64,000 nt of DNA from a virus (IMGVR_UViG_3300032323_001407:1533-65532), one strand, 5' to 3'; counted from the first letter of the stretch, positions 1 to 9,259 are shown. The notes: generated from the letters alone by a model not told the origin. Translations and numbers: made by a program.

Positions 1-140
1 CCGAATGGGGTGAAATGTCTTACCATAACAGATTCACATTCAATACATGTATACCCTGGATCATCTTCTGTAATTGATCTGTTAACTGACATTAAAGCGT
101 GTGCTTCATCATATGAGCACTTGTATTCGTATACTGGCAT
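1..140 (-). CDS. FmdB-family zinc-ribbon protein (3' end outside window)
   Basis: Translated by hand from ATG at 140: MPVYEYKCSYDEAH...YTCIECESVMVRHFTPF; the MPxYEYxC start is typical of FmdB/Zn-ribbon_8. Confidence 0.75.
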   Translation of the reverse strand, partial: MPVYEYKCSYDEAHALMSVNRSITEDDPGYTCIECESVMVRHFTPF

Positions 141-547
141 TACTTACCGCTTTTTTTCCTCGCCTTAGCTAAGGCATCAAAGTCTTTAATTTTTGTTTCT
201 CCCATATAACCCCAAGCATGTCCGTCTTCAATCATCTTATGGTTAATAGATTTATCTGATCCGTCTAAGAAAACCCACCCCAAGATGCGACCATACTTTT
301 CAGATGAGTCCATTTTTTCTGTTTTAATAACAACAGTTTTAGCTGAATCAATTGCATTCTTTAAATACGCCTTTGCTTCTAATCCTAAAGCTTTTTCTAT
401 TTTATCAGCAGTACGACTTTCTGGAGTGTCTATACCAGCAAGACGAACTCTAGAGCTAAACGAAATATCAAATCCAAGATCGATATCGACATCGATTGTG
501 TCTCCATCTACCACTTTACTGACTTTTTTTACATAGTATTCAAACAT
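140..547 (-). CDS. Thermonuclease (SNase-like) nuclease
   Basis: VVDGDTIDV, RVRLAGIDTPE and KYGRILG motifs. Confidence 0.85.
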   Translation of the reverse strand: MFEYYVKKVSKVVDGDTIDVDIDLGFDISFSSRVRLAGIDTPESRTADKIEKALGLEAKAYLKNAIDSAKTVVIKTEKMDSSEKYGRILGWVFLDGSDKSINHKMIEDGHAWGYMGETKIKDFDALAKARKKSGK

Positions 548-557
548 TATTTTCTCC

Positions 558-842
558 TTATATCCAATGCTTAATTATAGCACTCACTGCAAGTATTGTC
601 CAAAGTATGTTGAACCAAATTATTGTGGGGAGAGTTTTTACTGTTGATGACCAGATCAGCGCAAGGCTTGATACTAGGGCAAATATGTATAGCCACCACC
701 ATTGCTTACCAAATAATAACCCTGGAAATATAATAGATATCTTTGTCATGAAAGCAAAGAATTCAACAGTATTAGGTCTGTCCCAATACTTTCTATGTCT
801 CATTGTCTTTAATGCATTTATCCATTCGGTTCTAAATTTCAT
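558..842 (-). CDS. Hypothetical membrane protein
   Basis: 94 aa with about three hydrophobic segments; overlaps the halogenase stop codon. Confidence 0.65.
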   Translation of the reverse strand: MKFRTEWINALKTMRHRKYWDRPNTVEFFAFMTKISIIFPGLLFGKQWWWLYIFALVSSLALIWSSTVKTLPTIIWFNILWTILAVSAIIKHWI

Positions 843-2362
843 TTTAGAGCCTCCAAAAATTCATTGTGGCTAACGCATTTTGAAGCCCTGCTTTTTTGAT
901 ACCCAACAAAATAATTGTACATATCTAATCCTTTTATGTACTCGTCTTCACCATCTATATAAATTGATGCTATAGACTTGTTAATTGTTTCTTGAAATGA
1001 TCCGATAATAAACCAACTATTTGGGCTCCATCTTTCTCCATTATCAGTCTTATTTGGAAGTCTATTTCTCCAAAGATCAATTCGCTTCTTTAAATCTTCT
1101 GGTGCATTTTCATAAGAAAATTTCTTCCAGAACTCTGTGTCTTTTCTTTTAGTCATATAGTGGAAATATATAAAGCTAGCTATGTCATCGTTCATTGATG
1201 CTATAGTGCTATTAAACTGATTCCTTATTTCATCTGACCCGCCATTAATCCAATCGGGTGTTCCAAAAATATGAGAAAGTCCTATAATGCTAACCCAAAT
1301 AGATGTGGCCTCAAGTGGCTCGATAAAGTTTGCTGATAAACCTACTGCAACACAATTTTTTATCCACGGCTCTTCAAAGTAACCAGCGGAGAATTTAAAT
1401 CCTCCTTTATCTTTTCTTGGATATGTTGGAACATACCCTAAAAAATTTTCTATCTCTTCTACTGCTTGTTCTTCAGATATTAAAGAAGAGTCGTAAACGT
1501 ACCCACATCCAAATCTATTTTGCAGAGGTATCTTCCACATCCAACCGTACTTCATGGCTATTGCTTCTGTGTACGGAGGAATATCATCTGTTACGTCAAT
1601 AAAAAATGGAACAGCAGAATCTGATGGAAGGAAGTCGCTGTAGCTTTTCCACTTTGAATTAAATGTTTTTCCAATAATTAACCTGTGAAATCCACTACAG
1701 TCAAATACAAAATCACAATCTATGACTCCAACATTTTCTAAATCTAAAGACTTAATATTTCCTTGATCATCCAACAAAACTTCTTTTATTATGCCATCAA
1801 TTACATTTATGCCTCGCTGTTGGCCAATCTCTTTCAATCTGTTTGCAAGCTTGGATGCATTAAAGTGAATTGAAGTACTTGATATATTATCGTAAGATAA
1901 TGTTGGATCGTTTTCATTGTGAGATTTAAATACAAATGGAACTTTGTTTTCTTCTGAAATTTTTTCTGTAAAGTCCACCTGTTTTAATCCATTGTTTAAT
2001 AGTAGACTCATTGTTAAAAGTGTGCTATTTGCTACGAATGGGGATTTAGAAAAGTTAGGTCCTAAAGACATGTCCTTTGCTGGAAATCCATGATAGAAGA
2101 ATCCCCCATCATTATTCCAATTTGTAAACTTAATACCATTCTTTATTGTTGCATCACAATTTTTTACCAAGTCAGATATTGGTATTCCAAGGTATTCAAG
2201 CAATGTATTCAGGTGTGGTGTGGATCCCTCTCCAGCTCCTAGTATACCTATCTCTTTAGATTCTATAACAGTGATGTTTAAATTAGGTTGAGATCTTTTT
2301 GCCATAAGTGCAGTGAGCCAGCCTGCTGTTCCGCCGCCAACAACTACTACTTTTTTTGGCAC
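839..2362 (-). CDS. Flavin-dependent tryptophan halogenase family protein
   Basis: GGGTAGW FAD motif, GAGEGSTP, ATIKNGIKFTNW (catalytic Lys), GWMWKIPL (WxWxIP), FIEPLEATSI; probable GTG start at 2362 overlapping the upstream TAG. Confidence 0.9.
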   Translation of the reverse strand: MPKKVVVVGGGTAGWLTALMAKRSQPNLNITVIESKEIGILGAGEGSTPHLNTLLEYLGIPISDLVKNCDATIKNGIKFTNWNNDGGFFYHGFPAKDMSLGPNFSKSPFVANSTLLTMSLLLNNGLKQVDFTEKISEENKVPFVFKSHNENDPTLSYDNISSTSIHFNASKLANRLKEIGQQRGINVIDGIIKEVLLDDQGNIKSLDLENVGVIDCDFVFDCSGFHRLIIGKTFNSKWKSYSDFLPSDSAVPFFIDVTDDIPPYTEAIAMKYGWMWKIPLQNRFGCGYVYDSSLISEEQAVEEIENFLGYVPTYPRKDKGGFKFSAGYFEEPWIKNCVAVGLSANFIEPLEATSIWVSIIGLSHIFGTPDWINGGSDEIRNQFNSTIASMNDDIASFIYFHYMTKRKDTEFWKKFSYENAPEDLKKRIDLWRNRLPNKTDNGERWSPNSWFIIGSFQETINKSIASIYIDGEDEYIKGLDMYNYFVGYQKSRASKCVSHNEFLEALK

Positions 2363-2565
2363 TATTTTCTTCCCCATTGTATATAGTTCCATCCACGCTC
2401 ATGTGCGTAGTAGATAAATACTTTAACTACCGTTTCCCAAAAGGCAATCGTTACAGAAAGACCAGCATTTCTTGTAATAACATAGGCAACAGCAACAGAA
2501 GAAAGCGTTCCCCATATGCGATAACTTAATGCCTTGGCAAATGATCTAGCCCTGGTTACTGTCAT
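2362..2565 (-). CDS. DUF2061 small membrane protein
   Basis: RSFAKALSYRIWGTLSS...YYAHERGW signature; this family is often found beside APS kinase. Confidence 0.8.
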   Translation of the reverse strand: MTVTRARSFAKALSYRIWGTLSSVAVAYVITRNAGLSVTIAFWETVVKVFIYYAHERGWNYIQWGRK

Positions 2566-2653
2566 CAGATCCACCCCACTTTTTGTCAACAAAGTAAACA
2601 GCAATAGCAGCAATTATAAGTGAAACAACAACAGCAATAGCATTCTCTAACAT
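2546..2653 (-). CDS. 35-aa single-pass membrane peptide
   Basis: Hand translation MLENAIAVVVSLIIAAIAVYFVDKKWGGSDDSNQG; ATG directly follows the upstream stop. Confidence 0.55.
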   Translation of the reverse strand: MLENAIAVVVSLIIAAIAVYFVDKKWGGSDDSNQG

Positions 2654-3415
2654 CTAGATACCCATTTCCTTACGCTTTTGTGTAGCAGAAATAGCATGAA
2701 TATCTGCACCTAAATCTACCTGCTCAATCTTATAACCTACATCACGACCATATACAATGTTGGTAATGTTAGGTAGTCTTAATACTAATGCGCCATCCAT
2801 GAATTCATCCTTGGCAATATATTCTTTTACCTGATCAAATTTAAGTGGATCCTTTTCGCTTGTGTTGTAGGTATTGCGGACTCCAAGAAGTACTTGGTCA
2901 GTTCTCTTACCAGCCTCCTTATAAAGGGCGTGGTGGCCCTCGTGCCACGGCTGATACCTACCCAGCATTAGAGTTGTAGGTGCAGACCAATCATGCAAAC
3001 CAAACTTTTCAATAATGTGTGAGGCCTTTGCATCTGCATTAAGGTTATGGCTAATAAAGGACACATCAAAATTATCTGGTCTCTCAAACATTTTATTAGT
3101 GTCTTCAAAGCGTCCTTCTGCTAAAGTGTCCATGAATACAAGAACGTCTGGCTTACCAAATGCTGCACGAGTTATTTCAGTTGGGCATACAAAATCAACG
3201 ATGACTGGAGCAACACCTTGCTTAGCAATTAAACGAGCCATCTCACCCATTCGCCTTGCCTGCTCGATTCTGTCTTCTGGAGTAAAGCTTAAATCAGAGT
3301 TTACTGTTGCACGAACCTCATCTGCATTAAGATGAATAGCATTTATGCGTTCCTTTAGTGCTTTGGCTAATTCAGTTTTCCCTGAGCCTGGTAGGCCGAT
3401 AATCTGTATAATCAT
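2654..3415 (-). CDS. Adenylylsulfate kinase-like domain fused to a HIGH-motif nucleotidyltransferase
   Basis: N-terminal P-loop GLPGSGKT, LNADEVR, FTPEDRIEQARR (CysC-like); C-terminal GRYQPWHEGH and ISATQKR. Confidence 0.8.
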   Translation of the reverse strand: MIIQIIGLPGSGKTELAKALKERINAIHLNADEVRATVNSDLSFTPEDRIEQARRMGEMARLIAKQGVAPVIVDFVCPTEITRAAFGKPDVLVFMDTLAEGRFEDTNKMFERPDNFDVSFISHNLNADAKASHIIEKFGLHDWSAPTTLMLGRYQPWHEGHHALYKEAGKRTDQVLLGVRNTYNTSEKDPLKFDQVKEYIAKDEFMDGALVLRLPNITNIVYGRDVGYKIEQVDLGADIHAISATQKRKEMGI

Positions 3416-3480
3416 TTATTTCCCTAACTTTTTGCGATAGATACCAATTGTATCATATCAAATTAAAATAACAATATCGT

Positions 3481-4536
3481 TTAAACTCTGTTTATAGACT
3501 CTAAATTAGACATTGATGAAACCTCAATATATGTTGAGTTTTTTCTAAACTCCATTAAATTTTCTGATCCAGAATAAGACAAAGCGCTCTTTACATTATT
3601 TGTTAACATACTTAATGAATATTCTATTGATCCTTTAGATGAAACAAAGCCTGATACGCCCTCAACATATAAATTTGTTAAGTCTTTTGTAAGCTCTTCG
3701 TTATTATCTTTTTGAACTTCTAATGAGGCAGAGCCTCTAAATACATGTCTGCCATTTTTGTCTGTATCACACTCATCGTGCCCAGAAAAAAATGATCCCA
3801 TCATTACAGCCGAAGCTCCAGCAGCTAAAGCCTTTGCTACATCTCCGTTGTTTTTAATTCCACCATCTGATATTATTCCATTTACTTCAGAAGAATCAAT
3901 ATTTTCATAGCAATCCATAACTGATGATAAAACTGGAACTCCAAACCCCGTGACCATTCTAGTTGTGCATGCAGCGCCACCGCCAATTCCAACTCTTACT
4001 GAGTCTGCGCCAGCATCCATCAGATCTTTATAGGCCTCGTAAGAAGAAACATTTCCACACATAATATGCACACCAGGGCCCGCTAGCAGTCTGAGATCTT
4101 TTACTGCGTCAACAACAATTTTTAAATGACCTAAAGCTACTTCTAAAAGCAAAACCTTTATACCAAGTTTGCCTAGTAGCTCTATGCAGCTTTTATTTTT
4201 TGACTCTTCAATAGATATAGCAAATCCAATAAGACCTTTGTCAACTTTAGGCAATATTGATTTTAGCCTTGCTATTCTTTCTTCAAAATTAGTATATCTA
4301 GGAAGTATGGCAAGTCCGCCAAATGATGTAACCTTTTCTATCATAGAGTTACTTGTAATGAAATCCATAGGAGCCATAATGATTGGATTTCTTAAATTAA
4401 TAAAAGCCTCTGGCCTAATTGGATTTCCAATTACTGTGTCTAGATTTATATTGCCCCTAGTTACTATGTTAGATTTTTTAGGGACAAGTAGTATGTCATC
4501 GAAGCATATTGACCTAGTGTTTGTATCTTTTTGCAT
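3481..4536 (-). CDS. IMP dehydrogenase / GMP reductase family protein lacking CBS domains
   Basis: [24 protein letters not shown] catalytic loop, [25 protein letters not shown]. Confidence 0.88.
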   Translation of the reverse strand: MQKDTNTRSICFDDILLVPKKSNIVTRGNINLDTVIGNPIRPEAFINLRNPIIMAPMDFITSNSMIEKVTSFGGLAILPRYTNFEERIARLKSILPKVDKGLIGFAISIEESKNKSCIELLGKLGIKVLLLEVALGHLKIVVDAVKDLRLLAGPGVHIMCGNVSSYEAYKDLMDAGADSVRVGIGGGAACTTRMVTGFGVPVLSSVMDCYENIDSSEVNGIISDGGIKNNGDVAKALAAGASAVMMGSFFSGHDECDTDKNGRHVFRGSASLEVQKDNNEELTKDLTNLYVEGVSGFVSSKGSIEYSLSMLTNNVKSALSYSGSENLMEFRKNSTYIEVSSMSNLESINRV

Positions 4537-4557
4537 TCTTCCCCCTTTTTAATACAG

Positions 4558-4630
4558 TGTCCCCAGATGGTCTCGAACCATCGACCCGCAGATTAAAAGT
4601 CTGCTGCTCTACCAACTGAGCTATAGGAAC
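4558..4630 (-). tRNA. tRNA-Lys(TTT)
   Basis: Cloverleaf: GTTCCTA/TGGGGAC acceptor, AGCTCAGTTGGTAGAGC D-arm, GCAGA-CTTTTAA-TCTGC anticodon arm, GGTTCGAG T-loop; no encoded CCA. Confidence 0.93.
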
Positions 4631-4631
4631 G

Positions 4632-4704
4632 CTGCCCCACCTGGCCTCGATCCAGGGACATTCGAATTAACAGTTCGACGCTCTACCAACTGAGCTATAG
4701 GGCA
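4632..4704 (-). tRNA. tRNA-Asn(GTT)
   Basis: TGCCCTA/TGGGGCA acceptor, TCGAA-CTGTTAA-TTCGA anticodon arm, variant T-loop GGATCGAG. Confidence 0.9.
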
Positions 4705-4739
4705 AAGCTGGTAGTTTTAAGTCATACCAAGGACTTGCA

Positions 4740-5252
4740 TTAAGCCGAAAGGATCTTTGCTAACGCATTAATTGTTGCTGCAATTCTTCCGATATCACGC
4801 AACTGCTCAACTGTGTAGCCTTCTTCCTTCAATGTTTCATAATGTGCTTTAACACAAAAATGACATTTGCCAATAATTGATGAGGCTAAAGAGTAAGCTT
4901 CAAACTTACCCTTTGTTGTTCCACCATGAGAAGAAATAGCATTCATTCTTAGCTGTGCTGGCAACCCCTTTAGGTTTGGGTCATCTGCCATCTCAATGTA
5001 TGGGTACCAAACATTGTTTTGTGCCATGATAGCACCAGCTGTTAAAGCTGCATTTTTTTCAACTTCATCAGTAGCGCTTGCAGTAATAAATGCAAGCAGC
5101 TTAGAGTTTCCAGTTGCAAATGCTGCAGCAATAGAAAGGTATGTTGCATGCTCTGGATCAATAGTTGACCTGTTGATTACAGCATCTAGGTTTAACTTAA
5201 TGTCTTTAGCATACTCTGGCAAGGAATCTTTTAGCTGGTCAACCCATAACAT
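4740..5252 (-). CDS. ahpD: Alkyl hydroperoxide reductase AhpD
   Basis: LPEYAKDIKLNL, MAQNNVWY and KCHFCVKAH CxxC motif; directly downstream of ahpC. Confidence 0.9.
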   Translation of the reverse strand: MLWVDQLKDSLPEYAKDIKLNLDAVINRSTIDPEHATYLSIAAAFATGNSKLLAFITASATDEVEKNAALTAGAIMAQNNVWYPYIEMADDPNLKGLPAQLRMNAISSHGGTTKGKFEAYSLASSIIGKCHFCVKAHYETLKEEGYTVEQLRDIGRIAATINALAKILSA

Positions 5253-5788
5253 TACAAAGTTTCTCCACCTAGTGATCGATTACATGCACAAAGCTCCCCT
5301 GTTTGCAAAGCATCTAGCACACGAAGAGTTTCATCTGGGTTTCTACCTACATCTAGGTTGTTTACTGTAACATGCTGAATAATATTATCTGGATCAATAA
5401 TAAATGTAGCACGGTAAGTTACACCAGAAGAATGATGAACCCCAAGATCATTAGCCAAATGGTGTGCTGTATCTGCAAATGACCATGAATTAGTCTTCTT
5501 TAGATCCTCGTGGGCATTTCTCCAAGCAATCTTACAGAACTCATTGTCCACTGATCCAGTCATCAAGACAGCATCTCTATCGTTAAAGTCATTAACTAAA
5601 GCATCGTAAGCAACAATCTCTGTTGGGCATACAAATGTAAAATCTTTTGGATAAAATGCAATAACCTTCCATTTACCTGGGAACGAATCCTGTGTAATTA
5701 CCTCAAAAGAGGAATCCTCATATGACAAAGCTCCTGGCTTAACACCAGTAACTGCAAAATTTCCTAACTTATCTCCTACTGTTTTCAT
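5252..5788 (-). CDS. ahpC: Peroxiredoxin AhpC
   Basis: FYPKDFTFVCPTE peroxidatic motif, GRNPDETLRVLDALQTGELCACN; AGGAG RBS before ATG at 5788. Confidence 0.92.
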   Translation of the reverse strand: MKTVGDKLGNFAVTGVKPGALSYEDSSFEVITQDSFPGKWKVIAFYPKDFTFVCPTEIVAYDALVNDFNDRDAVLMTGSVDNEFCKIAWRNAHEDLKKTNSWSFADTAHHLANDLGVHHSSGVTYRATFIIDPDNIIQHVTVNNLDVGRNPDETLRVLDALQTGELCACNRSLGGETL

Positions 5789-5825
5789 TTTTCTCCTTGT
5801 GTATAAGTGATGATATTTCATATCG

Positions 5826-5897
5826 CACCCCTGGCTGGATTCGAACCAGCGGCCAACAGATTAGAAGTCTGTTGCTCTTCCTCTGAGCTACAGAGGT
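5826..5897 (-). tRNA. tRNA-Arg(TCT)
   Basis: ACCTCTG/CAGGGGT acceptor, ACAGA-CTTCTAA-TCTGT anticodon arm, GGTTCGAATCC T-arm. Confidence 0.92.
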
Positions 5898-5914
5898 ATA
5901 GATAAATTATACTA

Positions 5915-6244
5915 TTAAAAATCAAAATCTTCAATAGTGTCTAAAGGTATAATACCTTTACTTTTAGCAATTTCATATCCTTCTAATGTAAAATTAAATG
6001 TTGCATTTAATTCTTCATCATATTCAACCTGCATTAAATCATTGTCTAATAAATCTAACAGTTCTGCATCAATATACTGTTCGTGTGCTTCCCATAGTTC
6101 TGGTGCTAAATCCCTAGTAGTATCCTCATTTAACTCAAATATGGCTTCGCCATCTTCAGTAAACCCAGCAATTTTTATTGCGCCTATGTCAATATAATGT
6201 TGAATCCTACTCATCATTTCTTCTTCGTCAAAATCATTAAACAT
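5915..6244 (-). CDS. Acidic hypothetical protein
   Basis: 109-aa ORF with purine-rich RBS, lying between two tRNAs. Confidence 0.7.
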   Translation of the reverse strand: MFNDFDEEEMMSRIQHYIDIGAIKIAGFTEDGEAIFELNEDTTRDLAPELWEAHEQYIDAELLDLLDNDLMQVEYDEELNATFNFTLEGYEIAKSKGIIPLDTIEDFDF

Positions 6245-6255
6245 GTTACCCCCTG

Positions 6256-6329
6256 TGCAACAAGTAGGACTTGAACCTACGATTACCGAATTATGAGTTC
6301 GGGGCTTTAACCAACTAAGCTATTGTTGC
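6256..6329 (-). tRNA. tRNA with CAT anticodon (elongator Met or Ile2)
   Basis: GCAACAA/TTGTTGC acceptor (paired 1-72, so not initiator), CCGAA-CTCATAA-TTCGG, GGTTCAAGTCC. Confidence 0.88.
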
Positions 6330-6337
6330 CTAGTTGA

Positions 6338-6367
6338 ATTATAGTATTTTATTATTGTTTTTGTCAA
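6338..6367 (-). promoter_or_regulatory. Sigma70-type promoter for tRNA-CAT
   Basis: TTGACA-18 nt-TATAAT, 8 nt upstream of the tRNA 5' end. Confidence 0.7.
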
Positions 6368-6587
6368 TAGACTGCTCAACGATTTGCTGAACATACTCAG
6401 AAAAATGCTTTCGTATACTTCCTGGTGGTCTTTTACCTATATCCGCCCATACCCTTTTGTATTCATGTATGTTGTCAAATGTAGTTGGGCAAACCATAGT
6501 GCCCTCGTAATCCTTCAGTCTTGTAGGAAGAGGTACGTGCTTACTGCAGCACTTACACTCTTTAGCCTTTTCTTGATATATACTCAT
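6339..6587 (-). CDS. Hypothetical Cys-containing protein
   Basis: 82 aa with CKCC and CPT; coupled to the terminase stop. Confidence 0.6.
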   Translation of the reverse strand: MSIYQEKAKECKCCSKHVPLPTRLKDYEGTMVCPTTFDNIHEYKRVWADIGKRPPGSIRKHFSEYVQQIVEQSIDKNNNKIL

Positions 6588-8374
6588 ACTATTTCCATTC
6601 CACTTAGTGCATCAGAAAGATCTTTTGGCATTGCTGATGGTGCTTTGATTAAATTAGGTGACTCTGCAGATATTGATTCTCTATACTGTTTTTTTACAGA
6701 TGAATAATCATGTACTTCGATATCTCCAAACGCCGTCCTTGTCATGCTAATAGCATTATATATTGACCCGCATACAGCATCGGCTAAGTCTTTAGATCCT
6801 TTTCTTGGGTGATCTACCTTGTCCCTCATAATTCTTAACTCTAATAATTCATCAACTAGAAGCGGTATGTGTGGACCATTTAATCTTTCTTCCATTACAA
6901 CCATAGCCATATCATCATAGTGTTTTTTAGCTACTGATAAAGTTTCTGTGCTTATTCCATACTGCCTCAACTGCTGCATCATATCATGAGAGTTCCATCT
7001 ATCGAATGTACATAGCCTAATGTTAAATCCCCTGGATCTAAGAGAAAGAATATAATCTCTAACTTCAGTAAAGTCTACAGACTTATCTGATGTTGGAGTC
7101 CAATACATAACAGCATCAACCTTTACTATTGGAGCTGGTTGAGAGTACGTGTCTGTTACCTTTACGCTAACCCATTTTTCAACATGAGCCATTGAGACAG
7201 CGCAATGGTCATGTTTTTGAGCTAAGTCAACATGGATAAAGTATTCTTTATCGTCTTGAGGAACAAACCACTCTTCAAATCTACCGAAGCCATCTACAGC
7301 TATTGATAGATCATTAAAAGCCATTTCAATTTTTTCACGTGACTTAAAAAAAGCATCAATTGCTTCTGGTGGCATACATGCAAATCTTCCTAGAGCATCT
7401 GTAACATCTCGGTAAAAAGCAATTTTAAAATCCTCAATACTTCTGGTTGGATTTACTTCCCATGTAGGTCTACGAATTGCATAAACTTTAGGATACTTAT
7501 ATGAAATAATTTGATCTTCATCCCAGAATATCTCAAACTCATTTCCTACAGTATTGTCTGGCAGGTTTGGATCTAGCTTAAACTTATGAGATCTAGATAT
7601 GATTTCTTTTTCAGAAATAATATTATCATATCTTTGCTGTATATAATCATTCTTAAATCTTGGGAACGATAGAAGAATTACTTTACCGTAGTCTGGAAAA
7701 CGAGAGTCTACAGATGCCCTGTACATGTCATATATTCCGCTAGCTGTCTTTGCCTGATCGTGTCCGCTTGTACTGTCTAAGGCAAAACCAGAAATTTCAT
7801 CGAGCACTGCAACTAAAACGTTGTACCCTTCAAAAGCTTCTCTTTCTGAGTGACCAGAGTACACGGTTACATTTTTATCAAACTTAATTTCAGAAGCTTT
7901 TTCAAAATACTTTCCAGCAAACCAAGGTGAGTGTGTTACTCTATTTTTAAATCCCTTAAAGAAAACGTTGTTTGCCTGCTGAGCGTTAATAGCAATATTG
8001 ATAATATCTATAGAGTCTCCAGGCGGCTTGCCGTAGTAAGATGCTGGGTCTTTCAAGCACAATAGCAAATAAACTATATACGCAACAGATATGGTAGAGC
8101 AGTAATCCTTACCGCTACCCTTGCCTAACTGTGCTACAACTTCATTACAGGTTTGTCTGTATCTTAAAGACCCTTCGCTTTCACCAAAAAGTTTTATTAG
8201 AGTTGACTCTTTATATATCTGAGATGATTTTTCTATCAGAGTATATTGATGGTCAGATAATTCTGGCAACCCTAAATAGTTTTTGTCTGTTACAAAAGTT
8301 TTTAGGTCGACTGGCCTTTCATCAAACTCTTCACCATCCAATATGTCGATGAGGTCATTAAAATCAAACTCCAC
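6584..8374 (-). CDS. terL: Terminase large subunit
   Basis: Walker A LGKGSGKD, Walker B VLDE, RNase H-like HVDLAQKHD and DHPRKGSKDLADA. Confidence 0.88.
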   Translation of the reverse strand: MEFDFNDLIDILDGEEFDERPVDLKTFVTDKNYLGLPELSDHQYTLIEKSSQIYKESTLIKLFGESEGSLRYRQTCNEVVAQLGKGSGKDYCSTISVAYIVYLLLCLKDPASYYGKPPGDSIDIINIAINAQQANNVFFKGFKNRVTHSPWFAGKYFEKASEIKFDKNVTVYSGHSEREAFEGYNVLVAVLDEISGFALDSTSGHDQAKTASGIYDMYRASVDSRFPDYGKVILLSFPRFKNDYIQQRYDNIISEKEIISRSHKFKLDPNLPDNTVGNEFEIFWDEDQIISYKYPKVYAIRRPTWEVNPTRSIEDFKIAFYRDVTDALGRFACMPPEAIDAFFKSREKIEMAFNDLSIAVDGFGRFEEWFVPQDDKEYFIHVDLAQKHDHCAVSMAHVEKWVSVKVTDTYSQPAPIVKVDAVMYWTPTSDKSVDFTEVRDYILSLRSRGFNIRLCTFDRWNSHDMMQQLRQYGISTETLSVAKKHYDDMAMVVMEERLNGPHIPLLVDELLELRIMRDKVDHPRKGSKDLADAVCGSIYNAISMTRTAFGDIEVHDYSSVKKQYRESISAESPNLIKAPSAMPKDLSDALSGMEIV

Positions 8375-8900
8375 TGACTTCCTCAATTATCTCTATTGGC
8401 TCAACGATTCCAGTTATTTGAGATAAGCGTTTAGCTACTTCCATCTTGCACTTTGGACATGACGCAGTTACCTCTTTTAATATCTTTACCAGAACTTCTT
8501 GCTTTCTTTCTGACTCTGCTATTTGTCCAGCAAGTTCTGCATTGTCAAGCAAGCCCACTTCCTGAAGCATTCCAATTCTTTTTCCTTCAATGTCAGCAAT
8601 TAGTTTTAAGGCTCCAGATTTAACGTTGAGCTGACCAGCCTGATCTGCATCCTCAACTGTTTTCCATGCTTCTTTAATTAGCATGGCATAGTGTTGGTCA
8701 GCTCCAGAGATAGCCTCTTTAGCACGTTCACGGGCTGACGTGTCATTGTGGACCACATTCTTCCACTCATCTATAAGCTCAACAACCTCTGCCCTCTTAA
8801 ACCCAGTTAGTGTTGCAATCTGGGTAGGGTTATTTCCTCTAAGTAGTTCTTCAACTACTTTATTCATGCGATCAAAATGATCTGCTAGTTCAATTTCCAT
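8364..8900 (-). CDS. HTH protein, probable terminase small subunit
   Basis: N-terminal HTH-like segment NPTQIATLTGFKRAEV; immediately upstream of terL. Confidence 0.6.
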   Translation of the reverse strand: MEIELADHFDRMNKVVEELLRGNNPTQIATLTGFKRAEVVELIDEWKNVVHNDTSARERAKEAISGADQHYAMLIKEAWKTVEDADQAGQLNVKSGALKLIADIEGKRIGMLQEVGLLDNAELAGQIAESERKQEVLVKILKEVTASCPKCKMEVAKRLSQITGIVEPIEIIEEVSGV

Positions 8901-8917
8901 ATGACTTTATTATACTT

Positions 8918-9259
8918 CTAGTCGACTGAAATAGCAAATTCCTTAGCAACCTTTAGTAATATTAGGTATCCAATTAGATCATCAATATCATTATCGCCTG
9001 GATAATCTGTTCCCTTAATTAATCTATTAAGCTTATCATCAATACGGACATATAGTTGCTCTTTTGGTCCCGCCTTTGAAAATATTCTAACTGGCTCTAA
9101 TGCAGAATTACCATATGCAATATTCTTTTTTATTAACATATGAGCAATCTCAAGGCAGGTTGCCAATATCTCTTTACCAGCTTCTGTACCTACTGTAAGC
9201 AAATATAGATCATCATATCTAAATTCTTTTGAGTCTTCAAAAACTGGTGTGAGGGTCAT
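8918..9259 (-). CDS. Nucleotide-modification-associated domain (DUF1599-like) protein
   Basis: KKNIAYGNSA...VRIDDKLNRL...DDLIGYLIL pattern. Confidence 0.65.
   Translation of the reverse strand: MTLTPVFEDSKEFRYDDLYLLTVGTEAGKEILATCLEIAHMLIKKNIAYGNSALEPVRIFSKAGPKEQLYVRIDDKLNRLIKGTDYPGDNDIDDLIGYLILLKVAKEFAISVD

Noticed and set aside
4558-6329. tRNAs as prophage attachment sites next to host genes
   Set aside because: No integrase or duplicated tRNA 3' end; the flanking genes keep the same strand, density and composition as the rest of the phage.
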